Below, one piece after another: positions 9,387-19,185 of a stretch of 38,068 bases of DNA. Below the pieces are notes generated by a model, which worked only from the letters and a program-made list of their open reading frames with translations, did not search any database and was not told the origin of the DNA. Location: positions 1-38,068 of IMG/VR virus record IMGVR_UViG_3300032216_000445; one strand, 5' to 3'. This stretch comes from a virus (lineage: Duplodnaviria; Caudoviricetes). Numbering within the stretch: the stretch's first letter is position 1; the number at the start of each line of letters is the position of its first letter. The position numbers and the translations under genes are program-made.

Positions 9387-9755
9387 ATGACAGCTATTGA
9401 GTACATCGAGCAAAGCGGTGTTCCAGAGGGTATGTGGTATAACCTGGCCGAATGGTTTGGATGGTTTGAGAAGCAGGGAATGGTCGGGATTGTACGGGAT
9501 GGGGATGAGATTGCCGGAGTAGCCTTGGCTAGGTGTGTAAAAGACGGGCAAAAGCCTAACCATTATGTGCATAGCGAAGATGGCGATAATGTCTTTGTAG
9601 ACTTGACGATCTCCTCAAAAGGTGCTAAATCCTTGAGATGCTTGCTGTTGCTCCTGGCGGAGCGTTTTGGTCCTCGCAAGCGGATCATTTTCAATCGTTC
9701 CGGTAAACCAAAGGAGTATGATTACATGAAGTTTATGAGAAAGGCACTACGCTAA
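9387..9755 (+). CDS. Hypothetical protein, possibly GNAT-like (T7 gp13 position)
   Basis: 122 aa between nozzle and ejection genes; IVRDGDEIAGVA strand pattern. Confidence 0.5.
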   Translation: MTAIEYIEQSGVPEGMWYNLAEWFGWFEKQGMVGIVRDGDEIAGVALARCVKDGQKPNHYVHSEDGDNVFVDLTISSKGAKSLRCLLLLLAERFGPRKRIIFNRSGKPKEYDYMKFMRKALR

Positions 9756-10309
9756 TGGGCGGCTCGCCATCCATTCCTGCACCTCCGCCTCCTCCCGATC
9801 CGTTTCAGTCGGCACAGGCCAACGCGCTTAATTATCGTTCTTCCCTGGAAACATATATTGAAAAGGCTCCTGACCTTGCCGAGCTTGAGAATAAGCTTCG
9901 AGTAAAGTACATGCCGGAACAACGGCAACTTGAGCGGCAAATGGCTGCTGCCGATGCTCAGGCACAAGTGCAGTCTGGGCTACAACTTGAACGCCAATAT
10001 GGCGGTCAGCGCACACTTGAAAACCTTCGCCGCTCCTATGAACAAAGCCCACAGGCTTATGCGTTGAATCGCGGTCTTGGTGATCAGATGACCAGGCAAT
10101 TTGAGCGTCTCTATGGAACAAGCCCATATGGATCGGTTGAGCAGAATGTTGCTCGACCTGGTACTGTTGCTCCCGTGGATTACATGGGAAGCATTAATCC
10201 AAAAAGCATTGCCAATCCTACTTACGATATGGATCTTGCTGGTCTTATTGCTCGAAACGAAGAAGCCAAGAAGATCACAACGCAGAAGTTTAGGGCTGGA
10301 GAACTTTAA
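9755..10309 (+). CDS. Internal virion (ejection) protein
   Basis: MGGSPSIPAPPPPPD N-terminus, Gln/Ala-rich helical body. Confidence 0.65.
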   Translation: MGGSPSIPAPPPPPDPFQSAQANALNYRSSLETYIEKAPDLAELENKLRVKYMPEQRQLERQMAAADAQAQVQSGLQLERQYGGQRTLENLRRSYEQSPQAYALNRGLGDQMTRQFERLYGTSPYGSVEQNVARPGTVAPVDYMGSINPKSIANPTYDMDLAGLIARNEEAKKITTQKFRAGEL

Positions 10310-10311
10310 TT

Positions 10312-11874
10312 ATGCCATCATACAATCCAGCACAAGGTAAGGCTGGTCGCGGAACAATTACGTATAAAGAATATTACGTTGATAAAAATGGTGATATTCA
10401 GTCGCGCGACAAAACAACTTCCGAGGAAATGTTTGCTTCCACAAAGTCGCAATCTCTTTCAGATTACCTAAACAGCTATGCCAACATGGAGCAAGAATCA
10501 TTGGCAAAGGCTGTTGGAGATGCGCAAAAAGCAGGAAACCTTTCGGCTGATGAAAAGATAAATAACTTTGTCAACACGCAGGGGGGATACAATAGTCTAG
10601 CCCAGCAGATTGCGGGATTGAGAGGACAACCAGCAACAAATATGGATGGAACTCAAAACTCAAATCTTGTTGGCGGTCTTTCGGCTGATCGCAATTACGG
10701 CGCATCCGACCTTGCGTCTAAATTAAATTTCCAAGTATCTGATGATGACATCATCAACGATTACAACACAACTAAGCTTGCAAAGTTAAACTCGGTTGTT
10801 GATCGAGGGAATGCACAGGTTGCCGGAATTCAGCAGAGGATTGACACGGCAAACAAGCTTTTAGAAGGATTGCCAAAAGACAGCCCTCAGCGCACAACCA
10901 GCGAGCAATACATCAGCGAATTGCAGTCTGATTTAAAAAGCGTAAATGATGCAATTTCTACGGCTAATACGCAGATTAAAGATTTCAAGCCTATCACAGC
11001 CCAAGATCCTTCTGGATTAAAAGAGATCACGGCATTTCGTGAATATGTTAAACTTCCGGAAGAACGAGCCGGAGAGCAACTAAAGCAGATTGATCCTGAG
11101 GCCTACAAGACTGCTGTTGGCCTTGGTCAGCAGTATCGCAAGATGGCCACGGAGGATATTGGTGCTACTACAACTCCACAGACCGAAGCACTTCGCAATA
11201 CGCTTGAACAGGAAGCAGTCAATCAACTTAGACTTGGCTCTACGCTTGGAGCAGAAGAACGGCGTGGATACGAACAAGCGGCAAGGGCAGCACAGACTGC
11301 TCGCGGAAATATTTTTGGGCTTGGACCGGCAGTACAGGAGGCGGCGCAGATCGGTGCTGCTGGCGAGGCTCGCAAGCTTGCACGCTATGGTGCAGCACAG
11401 CAATTCTTGGCTTCTGGTCAGTCAACCGGAGATGCACTTCGTTCTGACATTGCATTCCGTGATGCATTACAACAGAACAGGCTTGGAGCGGCTGCTGGAT
11501 TTGTGGCATCAGGACCTTCGCTATACAACCTTGGCAACGCACGTCTTGCCAACCAGCAGGGGCAATTCCAGAATTATATCAATGCTAACCAGGCTCAACC
11601 TGGTCAGTTCAATACCCAGCCTTATGCAAGCCAGTTCTACCAGACAACAAATCCTGCAATTCCTGTTCAGATGAGCGGTCAGGCAGCAAACATTTACAAT
11701 ACAATGTCAAATTACCAGGCTCAGACTTATGGTGATTATGTTGGAGCAATATCTAGACAGCCATCCGGTGCGCAGCAGTTTGCTCAAATTGCCGGAGGAA
11801 TTGCTGGTCTTGGTGGTGCTATTGCACCTAAAGGATTATTTGGCGGACCTGGTAGCGGATCAATATTCTTTTAA
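10312..11874 (+). CDS. Internal virion (ejection) protein
   Basis: 520 aa; Gln/Ala/Gly-rich, ARGNIFG motif, Gly-rich C-terminus. Confidence 0.7.
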   Translation: MPSYNPAQGKAGRGTITYKEYYVDKNGDIQSRDKTTSEEMFASTKSQSLSDYLNSYANMEQESLAKAVGDAQKAGNLSADEKINNFVNTQGGYNSLAQQIAGLRGQPATNMDGTQNSNLVGGLSADRNYGASDLASKLNFQVSDDDIINDYNTTKLAKLNSVVDRGNAQVAGIQQRIDTANKLLEGLPKDSPQRTTSEQYISELQSDLKSVNDAISTANTQIKDFKPITAQDPSGLKEITAFREYVKLPEERAGEQLKQIDPEAYKTAVGLGQQYRKMATEDIGATTTPQTEALRNTLEQEAVNQLRLGSTLGAEERRGYEQAARAAQTARGNIFGLGPAVQEAAQIGAAGEARKLARYGAAQQFLASGQSTGDALRSDIAFRDALQQNRLGAAAGFVASGPSLYNLGNARLANQQGQFQNYINANQAQPGQFNTQPYASQFYQTTNPAIPVQMSGQAANIYNTMSNYQAQTYGDYVGAISRQPSGAQQFAQIAGGIAGLGGAIAPKGLFGGPGSGSIFF

Positions 11875-11877
11875 TTT

Positions 11878-12630
11878 ATGCCAGCCATAACAGAAGCAGG
11901 GAAAGCCTGGGAAAAGGCTTACAATCAAAAGCTAATTAACGAGCAGCTTCAGTCTGAATATGCGACTGAAAAGGCGCAATATGATTTAGCTAAATTACGG
12001 AATGAGCAAGAAATGAATAGCATGAGCGGAAGGTCTGCAAAAGCTGCTGAAGCCGCTACTGTGCTTGAGCAAATGCGCCAAAAACAAGAAGGCGTAGATA
12101 TTTCAAAAGTTCCAAATGTTATTGGGAAAAGCCTTCTAGACATGAATAAGGAAGAAGGTCAAAGGCTTGTTGATGAGAGAGTCAAGCAATTTCAACAAGC
12201 TGCAATTGAAAACTTTCTTGTTGATAAAGGTATCATGCCAAAAGCAAAATATGATGTTGGCGGAATATCAGGAGAGACACTTGCATATCAAGCACCAAAG
12301 ACACAGTCAAGCGTGCGTAGGCAAGTATATCAAAATGATTATAATGATTTTTATGATATGAATATTCATAAAGGAGAATCTCCAGAAGTTGCACATCAGA
12401 ATGCAATTCAATCTGCTGCCGACAAGCAAATGAAGGCTGAGAGTAGTGGCAAGGCTACTGTTGTTCTTCCAAATTTCGGAACGTATACGGCAACTCCAGA
12501 TCAATTAAATAAAATGTTAAAAGATCCAAACACTCCGGACACAGTACGAAAAGCAATTTCTGAACAATGGGGTGGTGGACAGCAGAAACAAAGCGGATCT
12601 GATTGGGTAAGAAATAAGCTTGGGTACTAA
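11878..12630 (+). CDS. Internal virion (ejection) protein
   Basis: 250 aa helical protein within the ejection block. Confidence 0.6.
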   Translation: MPAITEAGKAWEKAYNQKLINEQLQSEYATEKAQYDLAKLRNEQEMNSMSGRSAKAAEAATVLEQMRQKQEGVDISKVPNVIGKSLLDMNKEEGQRLVDERVKQFQQAAIENFLVDKGIMPKAKYDVGGISGETLAYQAPKTQSSVRRQVYQNDYNDFYDMNIHKGESPEVAHQNAIQSAADKQMKAESSGKATVVLPNFGTYTATPDQLNKMLKDPNTPDTVRKAISEQWGGGQQKQSGSDWVRNKLGY

Positions 12631-12631
12631 T

Positions 12632-15600
12632 ATGGCGGAATTTTCATCCCGCCTTCCTGCTGGTCAGGATGCACAGCCAGTAAAAGACAGCGGATTTACT
12701 TCTAAATATACTCCTGTTGCAACGGCACCAGAACCTGCAGAACCACCGACCTGGGAGGAAATTAAACAGTCGGATGATTACAAGAAATTAACCTATCCAG
12801 AGCAGCTTAACCTTGCTCGCCAATGGGGTGATGAAACAAAAAAATATGCTTCAAAGTTTGAGGATCATACTCCGGAACTTGATGCGCAAGTTGATGATTT
12901 TGTAAACAAGAAGGCAGTTGATGTTCCTACAGGCGTAAAAGCTGCTGCTGCTACAGCAGGATTAATTAAGGGGTCTGCTGGAGTATTGGGTGGTATTGCT
13001 GGACTTACTGTTGGTGCGGCTACTGGACCATCAGCACCGGTACTTGCCCCCGCGTTTGCCGTTGGTGGTGCTGTTGCCGCAAGCGGCATGGCTGAAAAGG
13101 CATTGGAAAAATATGTTCCGAATGTTGCAAGGGCTGGGAAATTTGCACCAGGGTATGAAGCTGCTGGTGAATTAGCTCCAGCGGCAGTTGCTGGCGGAAT
13201 AGGAGCAAAGCAACTCTACACATCCGGAAGAACTTTGTTTGCAGAACTTGGAGCTAAAAAAGCGGCAGAAGAAATGGGTAAATATGCTGGCAAGGCAGCA
13301 GTTTCTGGAGCCGGAGTTGGTACAATTGCGAGGCTTGCAACTGGCGGAAAAGTAACTCCTGGTACGGTTGCGTCAGATGCCTTGTTTGGAGTGCTTTATT
13401 CCGGACTTAATGCAAACACACGCGTTAAAGGTTATAATTTTGAAGAATTTAAGGATCTTAATTATAAAGTAAAGAATGGTGCTGCAACCGAAGCAGAGGT
13501 TGCGGATTGGAGAAACATTCTTAATGAGGCACAGAATGTAAATGCTAGGGGAGTCCAGCGCGCAGAAAGAACTACTGTTGATCTCGGAACAAAGAATGTT
13601 GTAGATAGGACTAGGTTTCAACAGGGCGAACAACCCATAGAGGTTAAGCCATACTACGAACCGCTTCCGTCCGAGTCTGTTGCTCCTACTGTTCAATCCA
13701 GAGAGATTGAGCTATCACGCCAGCCACAAGAACGTCCAATCAAGCCTGCAACTGTTGTAGCTCCGGAAGCATTGCCAGAGTCTGGCGTACGCGGAAACGT
13801 ACGCGGCACACAGGCTGACACGGCAGAGATGCAGCGGCGTGGAATTCCTACAAACATCCAGGCCGAGTTCACAGACCTTACTCCTGCCGCAAGAAGGCAG
13901 AATGTTTTCTCGATAGAATCCCAGGGCATTAACCCTGATGCAATTGCTCCAAGCACTCGCGGACTCCAGGGCGAGATTGTGCGTGAAGGACCAATCGTCA
14001 CACCAAGGACGCAGTTGCCTAGCGGTGAGAGGTTGGCGTTGCCAGAACCTCCAGAACCACCAAGACAATTAAGCCTTGGTGAGTTCAAGCCTCCTGCTTC
14101 TGCTATTGGGGCAGCTAATGTTATTGAATTGCAAAAAGGCATGGAGGAGAAGATTAGGCAATCTCTACAAGGGGCAAAGGCATTAAAGAGCGAGCTTGGA
14201 TTGGGCAAGACAACTATCCCTCGACCTATGGGTGGCGCAGCTGGGCAGGGTGGGTTCATAACCTCGGAATCATTCGAAGTTCCAAGGAAGTTGTTGCAAG
14301 ATTACATGACAACCAATGGTGCGCTTGGAAAGGATTTATTCGACATTATTGAAGGACAAAAGACAAACAGAGAGGCAATGTACGCCAGCATCCGGTTTGC
14401 AACCAGGGATGTTAAGAATGCATTTAAATTGGTCAATGGAAGACCTACTGCGACTCCAGAGCAGAACAAGCTTATCAACGATTATATGTCTGGGAATACG
14501 GGCATTGAATCACTTCCGGATCAATTAAGAACTCCTGTAAAAGTATTACGTGATCAACTTGATACTCTCTCATCAAAATTGATGTCTGAAGAAGGGTTGC
14601 TATCCGAAAGAAGTAAAGAAATTTTTGGAAGCAATATTGGATCATACTTAAATAGATCATATGAAAAGTTTGATAATCCAAACTTTGATATGGCTATGCT
14701 ACAAAAACGCGATCCAGCTTTATTTGCAAAAAGCGTTGAGTATGTAAAAAATCAAATGCTTACCGAGGCAAAAGAGGAGATGGAGGATTATGCGCGCAGG
14801 CTACAGGCCCACCAGGATAACGCGCAGCCTGGAACCCCTCCTCCGCTTGCTCCGGAGCCATACATTCAGGAAATACACAAAACAGGAAATGTTCCTAAAG
14901 ACAGGCTAATGGGTGAGGTGCAGAGGATTATTGAGGAAGGCGGCGCAAAGAGTGGTGAGGCAAAACCATTTAGTCCGGAGTCTTATGGGGTATCCAAGAA
15001 GCTTGGGGTGTTAAAAACACGTAAAGCCATACCAGAAGAAATCAGATATTTAATGGGTGAATATACCGACCCATTGGTTCGATATATGAAGTCTGCTACA
15101 AAGATGGTTAATCTTTTCACAAGCCATAGGACTTTGGTCAATCTCAAGGAAGCAGGATTTAGGAATGGATTGTTCTTTGATTATCCGGCTCCAAATACTG
15201 TTGCATTTGCATCAGAAGGAAGCGAAGTCTTGGCTCCGCTAAATGGTGTGTACATGGAAAAAAGTGTTGCCGATGCAATTAAGGGATTTGGTTCAGCAGA
15301 TAAGGCCGGTTTAGTTTACAAAACTTTTGCAAAAATAAATGCCTTTTACAAATGGAGTAAAACTGTTGGATCGTACAAAGGACAAATTAGAAACTTTCTA
15401 TTCAATATCCCAATTGAAATTCAAAATGGGAACTTTACTCTTCTTGATAGCGTTAAAAGTACTATGGCGATCCTTGCGGATTTTGGAGTTCCACAGGCAG
15501 ATACTCCTGCTATGCGCGCCTACCTTCGCAGGGGTATGGCACTTGGAATTTATAACAATGCAAAGTTTGATGAGTTGAATGCAATGTTGCGTGATGCACA

Positions 15601-16972
15601 TGCTGACAGCGGAAGTTTTGCATCCTTTATGGAAAGATATGGAGTTCCTAAATTTTTTGGAAAAATTGGTGGATCTATTATTGATTTTGCAAATTTTGCT
15701 TATAGGTCTGGTGATAACTTCTACAAGCTTACTGCATGGGAAAACGAGATTAAACAATTGATGGATGGCAAGGGATTGAGCAGGCATGATGCGGAAATTG
15801 AGGCAGCCGAACGAGTTTCCAACACAAGGCCGACATATGAAAGACTTCCTCTATTGTTAAAAAATTTCAGGACAAGTCCGTTTGGAAAGAACTTTATTTC
15901 ATGGAATGCAGAGCGTATTAGAAATTCATATTGGACAGCAAAGTATGCCATTGAGGACATGAAAACCCCTGGCATGAGAAAGTATGGGCTGAAACGTGCA
16001 ATTGGATCAATCCTGGCCTATTCAATTTACGGTGCGGCAACAAAGATTGCGCTATCATGTCTTGGCAAAAAGAAGGAAGATGTTGATGCATTAAAGAAGT
16101 TTGCTCCAAATTATCAGCAAGATTCAATGCTAATGCCAATTTCATTTGATCCCAAAACGCATAATGTAAAGTATATTGATCTTTCATTTTCTGATCCGTT
16201 TGATATTTATCGCCAGCCAATCAATGCTTTCATGTCAGAAAAACAATTGGACGCTGGGCTTGCTAAAGCAGTAGCAAATCTTATTGGAAATTTTTTTGGT
16301 ATCAGCGTTCCTGTCGATGTTGCAATCAATATGATTTCAAACAAAAGAACAACTGGACAGGCTATTACAAATCCACAGGCAAGTACCGCAAAGAAGATTT
16401 CTGATTATGGAGAGTATGCGTTAAGAACGTTTGAGCCGTCTACTTTTACAGATATTCGTAATCTTTACTTTGCAATCAAGGGCGAACCAGATCCATACCT
16501 TGGTAGATATGGTAAAGTTCCTTCCATTACAGAAAACCTTTCATCTTATGCCGGTCTTCGTGCGCAAACTGTAAATATCGACCAGGCTTTGCAATTTAGG
16601 GCAAGCCGGTTCAATGATGATATTGGAAAATCAACATCATTATTTACCGAAAGATACATGTCTCCAGGGAAACAAAGCAGAATGGCATTGGAATCCGGAA
16701 CTGGTGAAATGATTCAATCCAGAGAAAAGCTTTTTAACGACATGCATGAAACATACCTTGCATCATTAAAGTGGGGGCTTAACAGCAATGATGCGATCAT
16801 GGCAATGCGGCGTGGAGGAATGAGCAGGGAAAATATTATGGGTGTTGTTAATGGCAAAGCACCGCAATTCCAGGTTGGTAGAACAATGGCAAGACAGTTA
16901 ATGTATACAAATCCAGAAGATCTTCAGAAGAGGCAGGAAATAGCAAGTGAACTTTTGCAGGAACAGCAATAA
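12632..16972 (+). CDS. Large internal virion/DNA ejection protein
   Basis: About 1446 aa from ATG 12632; Gly/Ala-rich membrane-like N-region, Pro-rich linker, helical C-region; largest gene at the end of the ejection block. Confidence 0.75.
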   Translation: MAEFSSRLPAGQDAQPVKDSGFTSKYTPVATAPEPAEPPTWEEIKQSDDYKKLTYPEQLNLARQWGDETKKYASKFEDHTPELDAQVDDFVNKKAVDVPTGVKAAAATAGLIKGSAGVLGGIAGLTVGAATGPSAPVLAPAFAVGGAVAASGMAEKALEKYVPNVARAGKFAPGYEAAGELAPAAVAGGIGAKQLYTSGRTLFAELGAKKAAEEMGKYAGKAAVSGAGVGTIARLATGGKVTPGTVASDALFGVLYSGLNANTRVKGYNFEEFKDLNYKVKNGAATEAEVADWRNILNEAQNVNARGVQRAERTTVDLGTKNVVDRTRFQQGEQPIEVKPYYEPLPSESVAPTVQSREIELSRQPQERPIKPATVVAPEALPESGVRGNVRGTQADTAEMQRRGIPTNIQAEFTDLTPAARRQNVFSIESQGINPDAIAPSTRGLQGEIVREGPIVTPRTQLPSGERLALPEPPEPPRQLSLGEFKPPASAIGAANVIELQKGMEEKIRQSLQGAKALKSELGLGKTTIPRPMGGAAGQGGFITSESFEVPRKLLQDYMTTNGALGKDLFDIIEGQKTNREAMYASIRFATRDVKNAFKLVNGRPTATPEQNKLINDYMSGNTGIESLPDQLRTPVKVLRDQLDTLSSKLMSEEGLLSERSKEIFGSNIGSYLNRSYEKFDNPNFDMAMLQKRDPALFAKSVEYVKNQMLTEAKEEMEDYARRLQAHQDNAQPGTPPPLAPEPYIQEIHKTGNVPKDRLMGEVQRIIEEGGAKSGEAKPFSPESYGVSKKLGVLKTRKAIPEEIRYLMGEYTDPLVRYMKSATKMVNLFTSHRTLVNLKEAGFRNGLFFDYPAPNTVAFASEGSEVLAPLNGVYMEKSVADAIKGFGSADKAGLVYKTFAKINAFYKWSKTVGSYKGQIRNFLFNIPIEIQNGNFTLLDSVKSTMAILADFGVPQADTPAMRAYLRRGMALGIYNNAKFDELNAMLRDAHADSGSFASFMERYGVPKFFGKIGGSIIDFANFAYRSGDNFYKLTAWENEIKQLMDGKGLSRHDAEIEAAERVSNTRPTYERLPLLLKNFRTSPFGKNFISWNAERIRNSYWTAKYAIEDMKTPGMRKYGLKRAIGSILAYSIYGAATKIALSCLGKKKEDVDALKKFAPNYQQDSMLMPISFDPKTHNVKYIDLSFSDPFDIYRQPINAFMSEKQLDAGLAKAVANLIGNFFGISVPVDVAINMISNKRTTGQAITNPQASTAKKISDYGEYALRTFEPSTFTDIRNLYFAIKGEPDPYLGRYGKVPSITENLSSYAGLRAQTVNIDQALQFRASRFNDDIGKSTSLFTERYMSPGKQSRMALESGTGEMIQSREKLFNDMHETYLASLKWGLNSNDAIMAMRRGGMSRENIMGVVNGKAPQFQVGRTMARQLMYTNPEDLQKRQEIASELLQEQQ

Positions 16973-17706
16973 TGGCAAAGTTTGATATCGCAGGATCTTC
17001 TAGCCGGTTCAATCAGCTTGAATCGGATATGCGTAATAACGCAATTAAAAATCAATTTGAGGGATATACACGCGCTCCCAGCCAGGAACCGCAACAAACA
17101 ATTCAAAAACAACAGGAGATCCCACAACCAGAACCTATGACCACAAAACCACAACTAGATCAACAGGGTCTTCCAGACCCTTACAAAACTGTTGAATGGG
17201 AGGGGCGCAAGGATAAGCAGGGTAATCTTGCAATCTACAAGTTGCCATCCGGAGATCAGGGTGGAAGTTATGAAGTAGCTGGAATCAATGACAAATACCA
17301 TCCGGAAGCCTTCCAGGCCATCGCGGCGTTGCCTCCGCAAGAAAGAGCGGCGGCTGCGGCAGAATATATCAAAGGATACACGGCACCGTTCGTGTCGCAA
17401 TTGCCTCAAGCCATGCGCCCCTTCGCGCAGGATCTTGCGTTCAATCGAGGGATGGGCGGTGCAACGAAATATATCCAACAGGGATTAAACGCGCTCGGGC
17501 AGAATGTAACTGTTGACGGAGGTCTTGGACCAAAGACATTGCAGGCAATTGGAATGGTTCAGCCGCAGGCGTTGATGCGAGCGGCAAGCGATGCGCAATT
17601 ACAAGATGAATATAGAAGGGCTGAAATAGACCCCAACCGGCGCAAGTTTATTCCTGGTCTGGAAGCCAGGATTCGGAATAGGTTATCTGCTTTTGGGCAG
17701 GGTTAA
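16972..17706 (+). CDS. GH108-family N-acetylmuramidase (endolysin or virion lysin)
   Basis: WEGR...GDQGGSYEVAGIN catalytic motif, DLAFNRGMG, and VDGGLGPKT peptidoglycan-binding signature. Confidence 0.8.
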   Translation: MAKFDIAGSSSRFNQLESDMRNNAIKNQFEGYTRAPSQEPQQTIQKQQEIPQPEPMTTKPQLDQQGLPDPYKTVEWEGRKDKQGNLAIYKLPSGDQGGSYEVAGINDKYHPEAFQAIAALPPQERAAAAAEYIKGYTAPFVSQLPQAMRPFAQDLAFNRGMGGATKYIQQGLNALGQNVTVDGGLGPKTLQAIGMVQPQALMRAASDAQLQDEYRRAEIDPNRRKFIPGLEARIRNRLSAFGQG

Positions 17707-18071
17707 CGACTCGCCCAGGATTTTCGGACAATCGTAGATCCGGATGAAATTGAAATATCTTTACCAACAAAAACATCACCGGCCTTTACTTGCGCAGTAC
17801 CACATCCAACAAATGAATCACCGGCGCGGACTACAGTTCTATTTGCTGAAACATAACTATCTCCAGCTTTTACATAAACTCCGCGCGGAGTAAAATATGT
17901 ATCCCCAGCTTCTATTATTGCGCCATGCGCTCCAACAGCAACATTACCAGCAGTTGCATATATTCCACCCCCATCATAAACGCCGCCGACAAAATCATTC
18001 ATAGCACTTTCATCCTGACCCAATGCAACCGAAGCCAAAGCCATCATCAATAAGATTTGAATTGTTTTCAT
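17703..18071 (-). CDS. Secreted/periplasmic protein with AGD repeats (moron-like)
   Basis: Start reassigned to MKTIQILLMMALASVALG (Sec signal peptide); 14-aa periodic AGD/AGN repeats. Confidence 0.7.
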   Translation of the reverse strand: MKTIQILLMMALASVALGQDESAMNDFVGGVYDGGGIYATAGNVAVGAHGAIIEAGDTYFTPRGVYVKAGDSYVSANRTVVRAGDSFVGCGTAQVKAGDVFVGKDISISSGSTIVRKSWASR

Positions 18072-18108
18072 GTGAAAACTATTCAGTATATTCAAAATGG
18101 AGTCAAGC

Positions 18109-18492
18109 ATGAAACTAGGCTCGCGACAGGTTGGAGCAATTGGAGTAACGCGCGTAACCGGTGCGTTGCTACGATGTGGCTACAATGTGCTTTTACCTTA
18201 CGAAGACTTTTCCGGATATGATTTAGTTACGGAAAAAAATGGAAAGTTCACAAGAATTCAAGTGAAGACCGCGCAAGCAATTGAGCAGGGCCGAACAAAG
18301 TATAGGTTTACCACATCGATTGGAAATGGGTTCAACATTCCCAAGCGTCCAATTACCGGAGTAGATTACGTTGTATGCTGGGCGATGCATGATGATCTTT
18401 TCTGGTTGTTGCCAATAGCCAAATGCAGGACATTGACTACAAAGCTTTGTCCCTCGACAGGCCAGGGTTGGCGTGTATTTCAGAACCTATGA
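18109..18492 (+). CDS. Free-standing PD-(D/E)XK endonuclease (group I intron-associated type)
   Basis: GYNVLLPYED..GYDLV..KNGKFTRIQVKT motif. Confidence 0.8.
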   Translation: MKLGSRQVGAIGVTRVTGALLRCGYNVLLPYEDFSGYDLVTEKNGKFTRIQVKTAQAIEQGRTKYRFTTSIGNGFNIPKRPITGVDYVVCWAMHDDLFWLLPIAKCRTLTTKLCPSTGQGWRVFQNL

Positions 18493-18668
18493 CTGAAGAA
18501 CAAGCCTGGGCAAAGTTTGAGGAAGCCATGAGGGATGTTGAATCCTTCGATGAAGCGATTGCATGGTTGAATAAGAATCCAGAAGTTAAAGAGGGTCTTA
18601 CTGTTTACGAAATGATGCGCCAATTCAACAGGGATATTAGGGAAGCTAATAAGTATTATCGTAATTAA
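18489..18668 (+). CDS. Hypothetical protein
   Basis: MTEEQAWAKF..., ATGA overlap with the endonuclease stop. Confidence 0.65.
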   Translation: MTEEQAWAKFEEAMRDVESFDEAIAWLNKNPEVKEGLTVYEMMRQFNRDIREANKYYRN

Positions 18669-18677
18669 ATTTGGTTG

Positions 18678-18707
18678 TTGACGCGATATGGGCTGTTCCG
18701 CTAGAAC
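18678..18707 (+). promoter_or_regulatory. Sigma70-like promoter for the replication module
   Basis: TTGACG-18 nt-TAGAAC, ending 6 nt before ATG 18714. Confidence 0.55.
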
Positions 18708-18713
18708 CAGCGG

Positions 18714-19175
18714 ATGGGGAAAATCAATAGCAGGGCAAAAGGCGCAGCGGGAGAGCGGGAGTTGGCTGGATATTTAAGGGAGCAAGGTTGGCATAAAGCT
18801 CGCCGTAGCCAGCAGTATGCCGGAAATCCAGAGGGTGGTAGCGGGGATGTGGTTTGCGAGAACTTTCCTTTTCACATTGAAGGCAAGCGTTGCCAGCAAT
18901 TAAAGCCGGAAGCCTGGATGCAGCAGGCCATGCGCGATTGTCCGAATGGAAAGATCCCAGCGGTGTTCTTTCGGCGCAACGGAGAGAAGAAGTGGCTGGT
19001 CATTTTGACAGCCGATGACATTTGTGAACTTGCGCGAACAATTGCTCCTCCTCGCATGGAGATCGAGCATGCCAATGCCTTAACCCACACCTCAGTAGGC
19101 GGAGGATTCTGGGTTAAAAAGCCTGACGAACTTCACCCCACATACATACAACCAATACAAAACCCAAATAAATAA
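18714..19175 (+). CDS. Holliday junction resolvase-like PD-(D/E)XK nuclease (Hjc-like)
   Basis: NSRAKGAAGERELA, GSGDV, FHIEGKR, W.QQA..D, PAVFFRRN motifs. Confidence 0.8.
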   Translation: MGKINSRAKGAAGERELAGYLREQGWHKARRSQQYAGNPEGGSGDVVCENFPFHIEGKRCQQLKPEAWMQQAMRDCPNGKIPAVFFRRNGEKKWLVILTADDICELARTIAPPRMEIEHANALTHTSVGGGFWVKKPDELHPTYIQPIQNPNK

Positions 19176-19185
19176 AGGAGATAAC

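Noticed and set aside
13373-14259. Antisense ORFs within the large ejection gene
   Set aside because: Shadows of a Pro/Ala-rich coding region with no independent signals.
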